This document shows positions 48,636 to 58,944 of a DNA stretch of 64,000 nucleotides, one piece after another. The translations under genes were made by a program, and so were the position numbers. The notes below the pieces were generated by a model. That model searched no databases. It was not told the origin of the DNA and was given only the letters and a program-made list of their open reading frames with translations. Within the stretch, counting starts at the first letter, position 1, and each line of letters starts with the position of its first letter. Location of the stretch: assembly GCF_006345805.1 (NCBI RefSeq), contig NW_021832867.1, positions 33,675 through 97,674 on the forward strand, in the 5' to 3' direction. The stretch is from Octopus sinensis. Its lineage: Eukaryota.

Positions 48636-49855
48636 CCCATTCCTCTCCTTCAAGCGAGGGCGGTCAAGGCTGATCAATTAAATCCTTAATAATGCGTTCA
48701 AGACGGGATTTTAGATTCATTTTAATCCCAGTAGCCAAAGACCTATGTTTTTTGAAGAGTGCTCAAAAGTTCAAGTCTAAGAGGTGCAAAACAGAAAAGA
48801 CAAATCCAGGATTCTGTTTTTCATAACTGCCTACTCAACAAATTGAGAACATCCCCATTTTTTGTCATCTTTTTTAGGATATCTCATTTTTCCATTTAAA
48901 ATATATTTTTGCTGCGGTTTTACAGAATTATGGACACGAGAGATTTTACTGTATCATTCTCTAACAAATGAACTGGTGCCCCGACATTGATTACTCTCAG
49001 CTACTGCTAATTGGTGGGGTTTTAAGATCTCATTTTGTGAAAATGAATGCCAACATTGACCCCAAGCGTGTTGTGTTATCATCGTGACTTAGTTTTGTAA
49101 ATAGAAAGACAGTTTGTGTTATACTGGATTTGAAAAGTATGACAAATATTCTAAGAAGGCTTGTATTTCCTAATTGCAGTTCTAATTACATATTATATTC
49201 CAGTTTGGTGTCTATTTTTGAACTCAGCTGGAACTTATCAACTTAGACCTCAAGACAGAAAACGGCACGACGCATTTCTTGTCTGGAAAACACTTGTTCC
49301 GACACGTTTTGGTCAACAAACTTTCAAAATGATGCTTCTTTCTAACGTCGGTCTTGCCGGTCAAGGCCGAAATTAAAAAACAAAAATAGAAAAGAGGCTC
49401 ATTGATTGTTTCATTTCAAAATGTCTAACCCAAAATCTTTTTTTCCAAAAAACTAAAATTTTGAAATAATTATTTGAATTGTAGACAAACAACTCGATTT
49501 ACACTTAAAAATCTGGTTTTGATTCTTCAGTTAACATAAATCTGCTGAATTATCCTCTTGAAAAATAATTTTTTATGAAAAATATTCAAAATCTTAATAA
49601 ATATACACAAAATATTAGAACAAAGAAATATTGATATTTATTAAACTGTAATTAATTTATTTAAATCTTGATTTGAACATTTGAATAAAATGACCTTCCG
49701 AATTGCGGTCGCATTTTCCCTATCACACTAGTTACCATGCCCCAATAACCCCTAGGAAATGGTCTCCAATAACAAAATGGCACAACTAGTATTGGGTATA
49801 ATATAACTAAATACCCCTATTCTGACTACCTCCACGAAATAGACTGCAAAAAAAC

Positions 49856-50401
49856 GTGTCGAACATTCAAAACAGAGTGCCAGTCACTCTCGGTAGTGTC
49901 GGAGGACGAGTTTCCCGCCCTCACGTCACTAAAGGACATCATCGAGAGCTACATTTGGCTGCTCAAACACCTCCAGGGTTTGGGTGTCCTGAGAGTGCAG
50001 ACGACGGGCGGGATTCCCACGTGCAGACGAGGTCACAGACTCGCAGACTGGAAGAACTGTCCTCCCCTCTCACCATTCATAGATCAAAGGCGGTCACCCA
50101 GCCACCCGACTCACCCAAATCGTCAGAGACCTCTCTGAGTGAGGACACCTCGGCCTTCACTCTCCACCTGTCCGAGTGTTCTTCTCGTGGGAGTGTGGCT
50201 GAGGAGAATTTTGAGTTCAAGCCAGAGAAGAGGCTCAGTTATGCCTTCACGGACCTCCCCTTTGTGGTCCCCCGGAAGATCAAAAGAGAGGACAACTCTA
50301 CCACAAAGAGCTACCACTACTTTTCCCTCACAACACTCCCACGTGACACCTACGTGGGCAATGAAGAAAACGAATTAAAACAATTCCTACAAAGAAAATG
50401 A
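49856..50401 (+). CDS. Hypothetical protein, probably spliced; exon structure unresolved
   Basis: GC-rich coding-like sequence with overlapping open frames; its stop is 51 bp from the convergent MED18 stop. Confidence 0.4.
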   Translation: MSNIQNRVPVTLGSVGGRVSRPHVTKGHHRELHLAAQTPPGFGCPESADDGRDSHVQTRSQTRRLEELSSPLTIHRSKAVTQPPDSPKSSETSLSEDTSAFTLHLSECSSRGSVAEENFEFKPEKRLSYAFTDLPFVVPRKIKREDNSTTKSYHYFSLTTLPRDTYVGNEENELKQFLQRK

Positions 50402-50452
50402 CATAACTAAGCAAATTTATCTGCATTTTGTGAATATAAATAGTCATTAAAA

Positions 50453-51158
50453 CTATCCAAATATCAACGAATCCTTCCCAAAGTTATAAAAGTCGACCAG
50501 TCTAGAATACACAACACTCACACACGGAGAGAGGCCGTCGATCACATGTTTGAGCACCCCACAGGCATCCTCCTCCCCCACCACGGAGATCTCCACCACC
50601 ACAGACTCGGTGAAGTCATGAAGGGAGTGAGACTTGGACTACTCTTAGAGAGGGGGACCAACAGGGATAATCCGGTAGATGGATATTTTGACAGTCCCCC
50701 ACCACACGACCTGTCCTTCCGTGATGTAGTCCGCCGTGTGTCTGCGGATTAACCTCCGTGAATACTCAAATCCAATTTCCTCCAGGAATTTGACTATTTT
50801 TAGGTCCCCTCGACATTGCGTGATCGACCGGGACATCACGTGGGGCATGTCGGGCAGGGAATCCGCGATTCCGTGATGGATGACGTAGCACACGTTTTCC
50901 GCGCTGTCGGTTTTTCGTCTCACGGTGAGGAGGCGGTCTTGGGAGTTGGGGTTTCCTGTGTGGTGGGGGTGGGGTACTTTGGAGGTATGTGGAGACTGTG
51001 TTTTTGAAGTCCTGAGGGCCTTGACTGACCCCGCAGAGGAGGGACAGGCGGGTCAGCAAGGCGTTTTTGGCTGCTGAGTAGACTGTGCCATAGGACACGT
51101 AGAGGTTGTTCATTTTCTGGTCTCCTTCTTCTTGTCCTTGTATGTAGTTGATATCCAT
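50453..51158 (-). CDS. MED18: Mediator subunit 18
   Basis: YGTV...ALLTRLSLLC, FLEEIGFEY, VKISIYRI, SVVVEISVVG and LSP|LVDF follow MED18 in order. Introns of 22-24 nt. Confidence 0.78.
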
Positions 51159-51226
51159 CACAACAATTATGTTTTTAATATTTTATTTATTTAGTTGTTA
51201 AAACAATTAATTTTAAATAAATTAAT

Positions 51227-53459
51227 ATGAATAAACACACCCACCTTGTTGTGAAGCAAGTGGTTACGTGTCTAATAGGGGTAGGTATTAAGCGGAAATA
51301 CAGTAATCCTCCAAGAAACGTCCTCCCCCAGTGCTGTCCCTCGGAAAGTATTATTATACAACGTCATCTCCCCTAAACTGGCCATGGAATCGACCAATTC
51401 AGTGAGTTCTCAAATCATTCCAGCCAGACGAGCCCTTTGCCTGGGAAGCACGTGAATTCCTCCGATCCCTCAGTCTGAATAAACGAGTGTCCGTCAAACG
51501 GGAGGGAGGACTGCAGGAGACAGAACTGGTGACCCTCCACCTGGGAGGTGGGCAGAGCATCAACCAACGAGTAGTCCTGTCTGGCCTGTCATCAGTCCGT
51601 CGACTGGTCGGGAAGGCGGCCGACTGGTGATGTGTGTTAATATGGCAGTGGGGAGTACAGGGCGATGCTGGCCTGTCAGGAGGAGGCCAGACAAGCCGGA
51701 CGAGGTCGCTGGGGGGGTCTCTCCCAGGCGATTGTGCGGCGAGTACTGTGGGTGGTGGAGGACAGTCAGTCCTTCTTGCTGGCCAGACAAGGAAGGGACT
51801 GTTCTGGTCTGATTTGGCCTGATTGGTAGGCTTGGTTGAACACGTCGTGAATGCATCCAAAATGAGAATTCTGTTGTTAGAGGACTGGCAGTATGTTTAT
51901 GTCACTCTCCACGGAATACGTGTGTGTAGTCCCCGACTGTTGAATGTACTGGTTTTGTACTGACTGGGAGGAACAAGCCAAGGCGTTTATGGTGGCTCGT
52001 CTTTTGCAGAGGAAGGTGACTGTCCGCTTTGCTCGGATTACCAAAAATGGCACTTTTCTTGCCACTGTTTTCCTAAATGTGTCACAGTGGCATATTTATT
52101 TTAGAAAAGTGATGTAGCCATCAGTCTCCTCCAGAAAGGACTGGCTGAATCGCTATCTCCAGCCCACCCAGAGTACTCCCAAGCACAGAAGTACATTTCC
52201 TGTGTGACCCACAGAATAGGCAGAGACTCCCAACTCGGAATGTGGAATGTGACTGATAAATTGATTGATTTGACACATGTTGTTTTGGGTGGGCAATTGG
52301 TAGGACATTTTTGAGGTCAAATCACTGTTTCCGCGGTTTGAGAAGATGGGGTGGTTCAAGGCGTGGATAGAACAGGTCATTTACGGATCCAGTCTGACCA
52401 TTCTCACAGTGAGGGACCACTACCGAGTCAAACTGTTGCTGGACGGAGTGAGGTGTCCCAAATCCCCGGACTGTGTGAGGATGAGGGGGGTCGAGTTTGT
52501 CAGGAATTTGGTGACGAATAAGGAGGTGGACGTGAGGGTGGTTAGGGTGGATAATTATGGATTCCTTATTGGTTGGGTGAGCGTGGAAGGGAGGGGACTG
52601 GCCATGTCTTTGGTGGAGAATGGACTGGCTTTCCTCACTGCAGGCTCCGATAAAGACGAGGACATGAGGAATGCCCAAAGAGTGGCCAGAATGAAGCAAC
52701 TAAATGTCCTCTCACTTATATAACCAGATCTGGGAAGATTCCCCGAAGCAGGCGGACAGAAGGATGTTGGAAATGTGTCTGTCGTACATAAAGGAGGACG
52801 AATTCTATCTGCAGAGAGTGACGAATTGTGACCATTCTCTGTGAGTGTTGTAGTGACGGTGATTGAGGAGACCATGAGAGAGTTGAACCCCATTGACAAG
52901 AGCAAGTTCTTTTTCCTCCCTCTTGCTCAACTCACAATCAACTCTCTGTGTGTTGTGAGGGCCAGATGTGACTTGAATTGGTACCGAACGAGAGTCGAGT
53001 CGGTCGACCAGTCGACAAATGAAATGCGACTGTATTTCATCGACTATGGCTATGTCTTGGTTGTGGGTGTATTGTTAGCAGATGGACCTGCCCATGTCCA
53101 GTCATGTGCGTAGTCTGCCCACACATTTGCAGGACTATCCCCCACTGTGTGTGAAATGCAGACTGGCCTTTGTGGAGTACAATCAGACATTTGTTTCCTG
53201 TGTTGTGAGGAATATGGCCAAGGAGACTGAGGATAACTGTCTGGTTGACATTGTGGAGGAGACTGACCGAGTCACCTATGTTGTCATGTTCACTCTTCTA
53301 GAAGGGGAGAGGAGGGACTTTGGGTTGGAGATGGTCAGACTAGGACTGTGTTCTGTCAGTGTTCACATATCTCAACAGTTTGCCCACGACTACTTTCTTG
53401 CTCAGGATGAGGCTAAGGCTCATAGACTTGGAATGTGGGCATCTGCTGATTTTGAATAA
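51227..53459 (+). CDS. SND1: Tudor staphylococcal nuclease (Tudor-SN/p100)
   Basis: VKQ|VLSGNTVI, PDEPFAWEAREFLR, GLVEHV, EQAKAF..RLLQRKV, Tudor CVVRARCDLNWYRTRV...YFIDYG, then PPLCVKCRLA and QDEAKAHRLGMW. Many 22-26 nt introns. A few junctions need a homopolymer correction or a non-canonical site. Confidence 0.88.
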
Positions 53460-53689
53460 TTTTTTAATAAAAGACTTGCATCAAAGATAATTTGGGCCAC
53501 GATTAATTTAATTTTCAATTTGTTATCGCATCAGAAAAATTAGTTTAACAAAATTCGGACTTTAATTTTTCAAGCATTAGACCTGCCGAGATGCAAATTA
53601 TCATGTTTTTGTGAAATGCAATAACTACAGTCTCATGTAGGTAATAAGTAGTAGGTGTGTTGTACTGATATGTGTTTTAAATTTACGGG

Positions 53690-54080
53690 ACCGTATCTTT
53701 GAGAAAATATGAGACTTTATTTTGAAGATGTTGTGAATAACGCGGATATGATGGTATTGCCCTGCAGGAATACTACTAATGCATTTCCTTCAGTTCCCGG
53801 ACTGATCCAAGGAGGAGACTCGTTCAACACAAGACATCCTTTGACGGGAGCAGGGTTGACTGTTGCTCTTTACGATGACATTCTTTTTCGAAACAGACTT
53901 GAAGGGGTTGACTTGAGTAAAAACCGGGCTTCCGTAGGAGACTTAGACATTTTCTATCAAAAAAGCCCTCAACCACTCGTTTGTGGTCAATGTCACGTCG
54001 GTTTTTGTACATATTTATAGAATTAGGAATATTTGTTCTTCTTGTATTGCGTATCTGTAAAGACAGGGGGCTGAGCCGTC
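53690..54080 (+). pseudogene. SQLE: Squalene epoxidase (monooxygenase) fragment
   Basis: GDSFNTRHPLTGAGLTVALYD matches the SE-domain motif GDAYNMRHPLTGGGMTVA. The FAD-binding N-terminus is absent and the downstream part is frameshifted. Confidence 0.75.
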
Positions 54081-54629
54081 TAATCTGTTTGCAATAATCT
54101 GTTGTGTCTGAATATTATAGTTCGGTGTCTTCTTTTATATTTTTTTAATCATTTTGCACTCTTGTTATTTTATTGACGAGTCTTATTTGCTGAAGTGTGC
54201 TTATTTGATTGCTCGTGATATATTTATTCATTTGATTAAGACTTGTTGGATTGTTGGTCCTCTCATTTGAAATGACATTCGAGCTATTCTGTCCATTTCA
54301 TCATTTTGAGGCTATTAATACTTTTGAATCATACTTATTTTTTAATAATAAGCTGGATTTATTTAATAGTTTTTGACGTTGGAATTGAGTAAGTAGGCAG
54401 GTGATTTGGAGAAATCATTTTATGGGATACTCGGAAAAAAGTTTATTTGCAAAAGTTAGTTGACAACTGCCGGACATGACATTATCTGACCTAAGGTTCA
54501 AAAAATCGAAATACCGCTGTTTTTACCGAAAAGTATAATTTCGTCCCATTTTTGTTTAAAACGAGTGGTTTCATGATGAGAAATCAAAGTGACTTTTGAA
54601 CAAACTGGGAAACATGATTTCAAACCCTC

Positions 54630-55431
54630 AATTAACATACATTATACGGATCGCAAAGACCATCTCCAATTACCATTCCAACTAAATTAATTGGCGTTGG
54701 ATTGTTCCAGTTATATTGATCTATTGCAGAAACCATTGCAGGAATATATTTTCCGGCATAAGATTCTCCAGTAATGTAAAGGGGGTTAATCCTCAATTCT
54801 GGAAAAAGCAGATAAAATTGTTGCACGAAACTAACTCGTGTCAGTTTGATAAGATTACATTGATAAACAATAACCAACTTGTTCTTCGTTTGTAAGGTAG
54901 CACTCTGTATCTGAAAAACTAAATCCAGATCCGACCTAGAAGTAACTAATTAAAATATACAGGATTGTCGATGTAAATAACGCTAAACTCTTTTGTCCAC
55001 GAAATCTCTCTTAATTTTACTGCATAATTAATTAAAAATAAATAACATTCGTCGTCTGAATTAAAAAAGTATGGACCATTTTCAACAAAAGCAGCATAAA
55101 TTGAAGAAGTTCCGGGTCCACCCTGCAACCAAACTAGAATAGGTGCTGATATGTTTCCGTTCTTTTGTGATCATAAAAATAATTAAACCTCGGCTGGAAA
55201 ATATCAGAAATATGTATTTCTTTCACATTCATTGCTTACTCTGAAAAAACCAGCGTAGAGTTCAGCATTTCCTATTATAGGTTCAACTCTGCTTAATTCC
55301 CTAGCCAATTCTCCTTGTCCATTATTTAAGTAGTCAGTAAGAATTAAAGGTTCGTCTCTTGAAATTTGAGGAGAATTTATGTAGTTACATCCAATGTAAA
55401 ATATGTTTAAAATGATGAAGAAAATTTTCAT
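54630..55431 (-). pseudogene. CPVL: Serine carboxypeptidase S10 (CPVL/venom carboxypeptidase-like), 5' half only
   Basis: Signal peptide, PLILTDYL, YAGFFRV, VWLQGGPG, YIDNP|VGSGFSF, ITGESYAGKY and IGDG.CDP. TGA stands at the conserved Trp of FWFFP, and the C-terminal Asp/His half is not found. Confidence 0.8.
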
Positions 55432-55715
55432 TTTCTAATCTTTAAAAATATTTAAAAGTTTATTTATCTTTCATACTGTTGGTATTTATTTTATTTTATT
55501 TTTATTAAATATTATAGTTAATACAATAAAATTAAAAAATGTATCGCGAGAATAATTTTCCATTATTCGGTTGTTCGGTGTTTCTGACAAAGTCTAAGAA
55601 TATGTCTAAATAATCAACATCTCGATAAGGTCACTTTTATGCTGATTAATCCCTTTAAAATGTGTTTGTCAAAAATCGACCGGTTTATTTTATTTCTTGT
55701 ATTTTAGATTTCTTT

Positions 55716-56165
55716 GTTGCTGATCGCAATGGATATTCTTTGGAACAACCATTGCTTCTCCCGAGGCTCTCTCCGTCTTCTCAAGATCAGATTCCCGATT
55801 TTCCCGACGAGTTCGAACGATTTTTGGCTCATGACCCCGGAGGTTTCTACGGATATTGGGGAGAAGATGAAGTTGTCCAACAGGTTGGAATATTTCTGAA
55901 CTTTATGTACCTCAGCCTTCTCAGCGGCTGAGCCTGTACTGATCGCGGAGTCAACTATATTGGTCTTTGAGAAGGTGTCTGTGCACGTGGAGTCCCACGC
56001 GAGGCATTTCCCATTACTCCACGGGAAAATGGTGACTCCATCTGGGCGTTTGCCGTCTCCACGGTCAAGCCCAACGGGTTCCAGTTCTGTCGGGAATCCA
56101 GCTGCTTGTAACGCAGCCGAAATAGTCTCGTTGATAGCGGAGTGTCTGGGAGCACGGCCAGTAAA
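55716..56165 (-). mobile_element. CRE-like RLE 3' fragment, open frame
   Basis: GRAPRHSAIN...LEPVGLDRGDGKRPDGVTIFPWSNGKCLAWDSTCTDT...WLFQRISIAI. Confidence 0.9.
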
Positions 56166-56377
56166 AGATTTGTATATAAATTGGAGGGAAAGGACGTTTT
56201 TTCTATTTAAGAATTTTAATGTGGAAAAATTTCCTGATTTGATTATCCCATGCAAAAAGTCGACGACGAATTCTTGGATTTCTACCTGCTTTCATAAGAA
56301 TTTCGACACCACTGAAGAGTAATTGGTTTTTTATATCAATAAGTATAGACAAATATTCACTAAAGATAAATATACAG

Positions 56378-57106
56378 GCCCCCCCTCTTCCGAGCATCGG
56401 GACACTACTCGACGGCGATTGCCTCAGAGTAGCTATCTCCCTCCGCCTCGGTTTGAAGATCTGCGAAATTCACAAGTGCCGCTGTGGGGCCATGATCGAC
56501 CAGTACGGACTACACCCTCTTTCCTGCAGACGCAGTGCTGGGCGTGCCCCACGCCACGCTGCCCTAAATGACGTCGTCCTGAGGGGGCTCAAAGCTGCCG
56601 GAATCCCATCAATTCTCGAACCAGTTGGGCTTGCTAGGGGAGACGGAAAGAGGCCTGACGGTCTATCCACCTTCCCATTCGAGTTCGGAAAATCGCTGAT
56701 ATGGGATGCAACTTGCTCAGATACTTTTTCTGAACTAAATCTTCCTCCTTCAGCTGTCGCAGCTGGCTCTGCTTCTCGCAGAGCAGAAGAATTAAAGATT
56801 TCAAAGTACACACAATCTCTCGGAACGCTATCTGTTTACCCCGATCGCCGTGGAGACCTCTGGCGTAATCGGTGACAGGTCACTCATTTTCCTCAAAAAG
56901 CTGGGTCGTCTGATTTCTCGCAAGAGAAACGACACGCGTGAGTGTGGATGGCTCCTTCAGAGGATTTCCCTTGCCATTGTACGTGGAAACTGTTTCTCCA
57001 TCTACGAGGCGGGGAAGTCCTCTTGTTAACTCTCTTTTCTCTCTGTTTTCGTTTACAGTTATTATTTTCAAAAAATAAACTCTAATTTCTAAAAAAAAAA
57101 AAAAAA
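56378..57106 (+). mobile_element. 5'-truncated CRE-like retrotransposon with a 16-nt poly(A) tail
   Basis: GTLLDGDCLRVAISLRLG..CRCG..H.LSC..SAGR..RH, GLARGDGKRPDG and WLLQRISLAIVRGN; A16 at 57091-57106. Confidence 0.92.
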
Positions 57107-57110
57107 TATA

Positions 57111-58943
57111 CAGTCGGTTCAAAAAAAACGTGACCACTTAAAAATATGTGTTTTTCTTAATTTGTGTATCTTATTTTCAAAAATTTTAATACTAAATTAA
57201 AATCATTTAATCTACATGATTCATTATTTATTATTTCATGATCGGCTATATTCCCAGGCTAACCAAGTATTTTAAAAAACCTTTGTTCAAAAAAAACGTG
57301 ACCACTTATTTTTGTTACACTTTTTTTTACAATTACTTGATTTTTCTTTAATTACTTGATTTTTCGGCGGGATTTCCTTCGGTTCTCGAACCACCGGGCC
57401 TTGATCGCGGCGACGGGGAACGTCCTGACGGGATGACCCTTTTCCCTTTGAAGGCGAAAAGGCCTCGTCTGAGACGCAACCTGCTGCGACACCTTTTCTG
57501 CTTCTCACTTAACTTCGTGTGCTCTGGAGGCCCAATCTGCAGCTAAGAAGGCTGAAGATTTAAAGCTTTTAAATATTCTGCCCTCTCGGAGAAGTTTTCC
57601 GTGGTGCCGATCGCGGCGGAGACGTCGGTGCTCTCGGTCCAAAAACAGAAAGTTTCTTCGCAAGCTCGGAGCCAAAATCTCATTGCGCACCCATGATCCT
57701 CGGGAGGCGAATTGGCTAATGCAACGGTTCTCGATTGCCATCATCCGGGGAACACTTTGGCAATCCGCCAGGCTACATACATAAACATAATCCTATTGAG
57801 AAATTAATTATCGATATTAAATTCAAAATTAAAAAATTCGAAGATTTGAAGAAAAACTTTAATAAATTAATATCAAAATCCAGCACGATGTCATCTCAAA
57901 GTTTCCTGATCAAAAAATATTCAATAGCGGAACAATTAAGGCGAGGATGCTCACAAAGAACAATCGCCAAAGAATTCAATGTTTCAAAATCTTTTGTGCA
58001 GCAAGTCAGCGCGAAAATGAAAAACGGAATGCCTTTTGAACGTGCCGTTGGTTCTGGTCGTCCAGAAAAACTTACTCTGGCGATTAAAAACGCAATATTG
58101 ACGAAATATGATCAAAATCATTTTTCCACTTTACAAGAAATTGCAAATTACATTGAATCTAAGCACAATTTACGACTTTTTCGATCAACAATAAGGAATG
58201 CTTTATATTCTTTTGGACTAGAAAATCGAAAACCGTGTAAAGAACCGTTATTACGACCAGTAAACGTGTTAAAGAGAAAATTATTTGCTGAAAATTATTT
58301 AGGGATCTCGTCTGAAGGTCTAGGCAAAATTATTTTCTCCGATGAAACAAAATTTGAGTTATTTTCAGCAAATAAAAGAAATAATGTTCGATATTTTCGC
58401 GGTGAAAGATATCATTCGGCCAACATTTTACCTACAGTTAAATTTGGAGGAGGAAGTGTTCTAGCTTGGGGCTGTATTTCGTCCAATGGAGTAGGCCGGC
58501 TCGTTTTTATTGACGGAATTATGACGGATGCGCATTATGTGCAAATTTTAGCACAAAATTTAAACCAATCCGCCGGAGAAATGAGTTTAACTGACTTAGA
58601 GTTTATGCACGACAACGACCCAAAGCATACAGCTCGAGTCACAAGGAAATTTCTTGAAGAAGAAAAATCAAAACAATTAATTGGCCTGCACAAAGTTCAG
58701 ATCTCAATCCAATCGAGCATGTGTGGGCCTATATAAAGTTCCAGTTACGCAATATGGGAAGGCTTGATAAGGAAACTTTAAAGCAAGAAGTTTTGAAAAT
58801 CTGGAACAACCTCCCCCCGGAACTAATAAGAAAATATGTTTTAAGCTTCCACAAACGAGTTCTGAAAGTATATAAGACGAAAGGGAAGCATATTTTACTA
58901 ATCGAATTTGGTCACGTTTTTTTTGAACAATGTTTTTTTGAAT
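57111..58943 (+). mobile_element. Tc1 (DD34E) transposon with a long IR/DR-type left end; right end cut by a pogo insertion
   Basis: TA|CAGTCGGTTCAAAAAAAACGTGACCAC, with an inner direct repeat near 57284 and its inverted copy near 58910. The true ORF starts at ATG 57888 (GRPEKL, FSDETKF, FMHDNDPKH, WPAQSSDLNPIE; 34 residues between D and E). One missing A near 58664. Confidence 0.93.
57365..57790 (+). mobile_element. CRE-like RLE fragment nested in the Tc1 5' region
   Basis: [21 protein letters not shown]...SIAIIRGNTLAIRQATY; near-identical to 1100-1445 (inverted). Confidence 0.9.
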
Positions 58944-58944
58944 A

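Noticed and set aside
48900-49200. Possible PKC C1-domain remnant (WWGL, YTGFEK)
   Set aside because: The Cys/His spacing cannot be reconstructed; may be chance.
50730-50755. 24-nt in-frame insertion in MED18 (RLIRRHTA) that starts with GT
   Set aside because: No AG acceptor restores the frame and there is no stop, so it cannot be told apart from a plain insertion without cDNA.
55220-55230. TGA at a conserved Trp (CPVL, also a CRE copy near 57470), hinting at UGA=Trp
   Set aside because: Intact genes use TGG for Trp and end in TAA, TAG and TGA. These are ordinary G-to-A nonsense changes in dead copies.
57735-57887. N-terminal extension of the 333-aa Tc1 ORF, suggesting a retroelement-transposase fusion
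   Set aside because: It is an alternative-start read-through across the nested CRE tail and the AT-rich UTR, in a non-CRE frame. The real ATG is at 57888.
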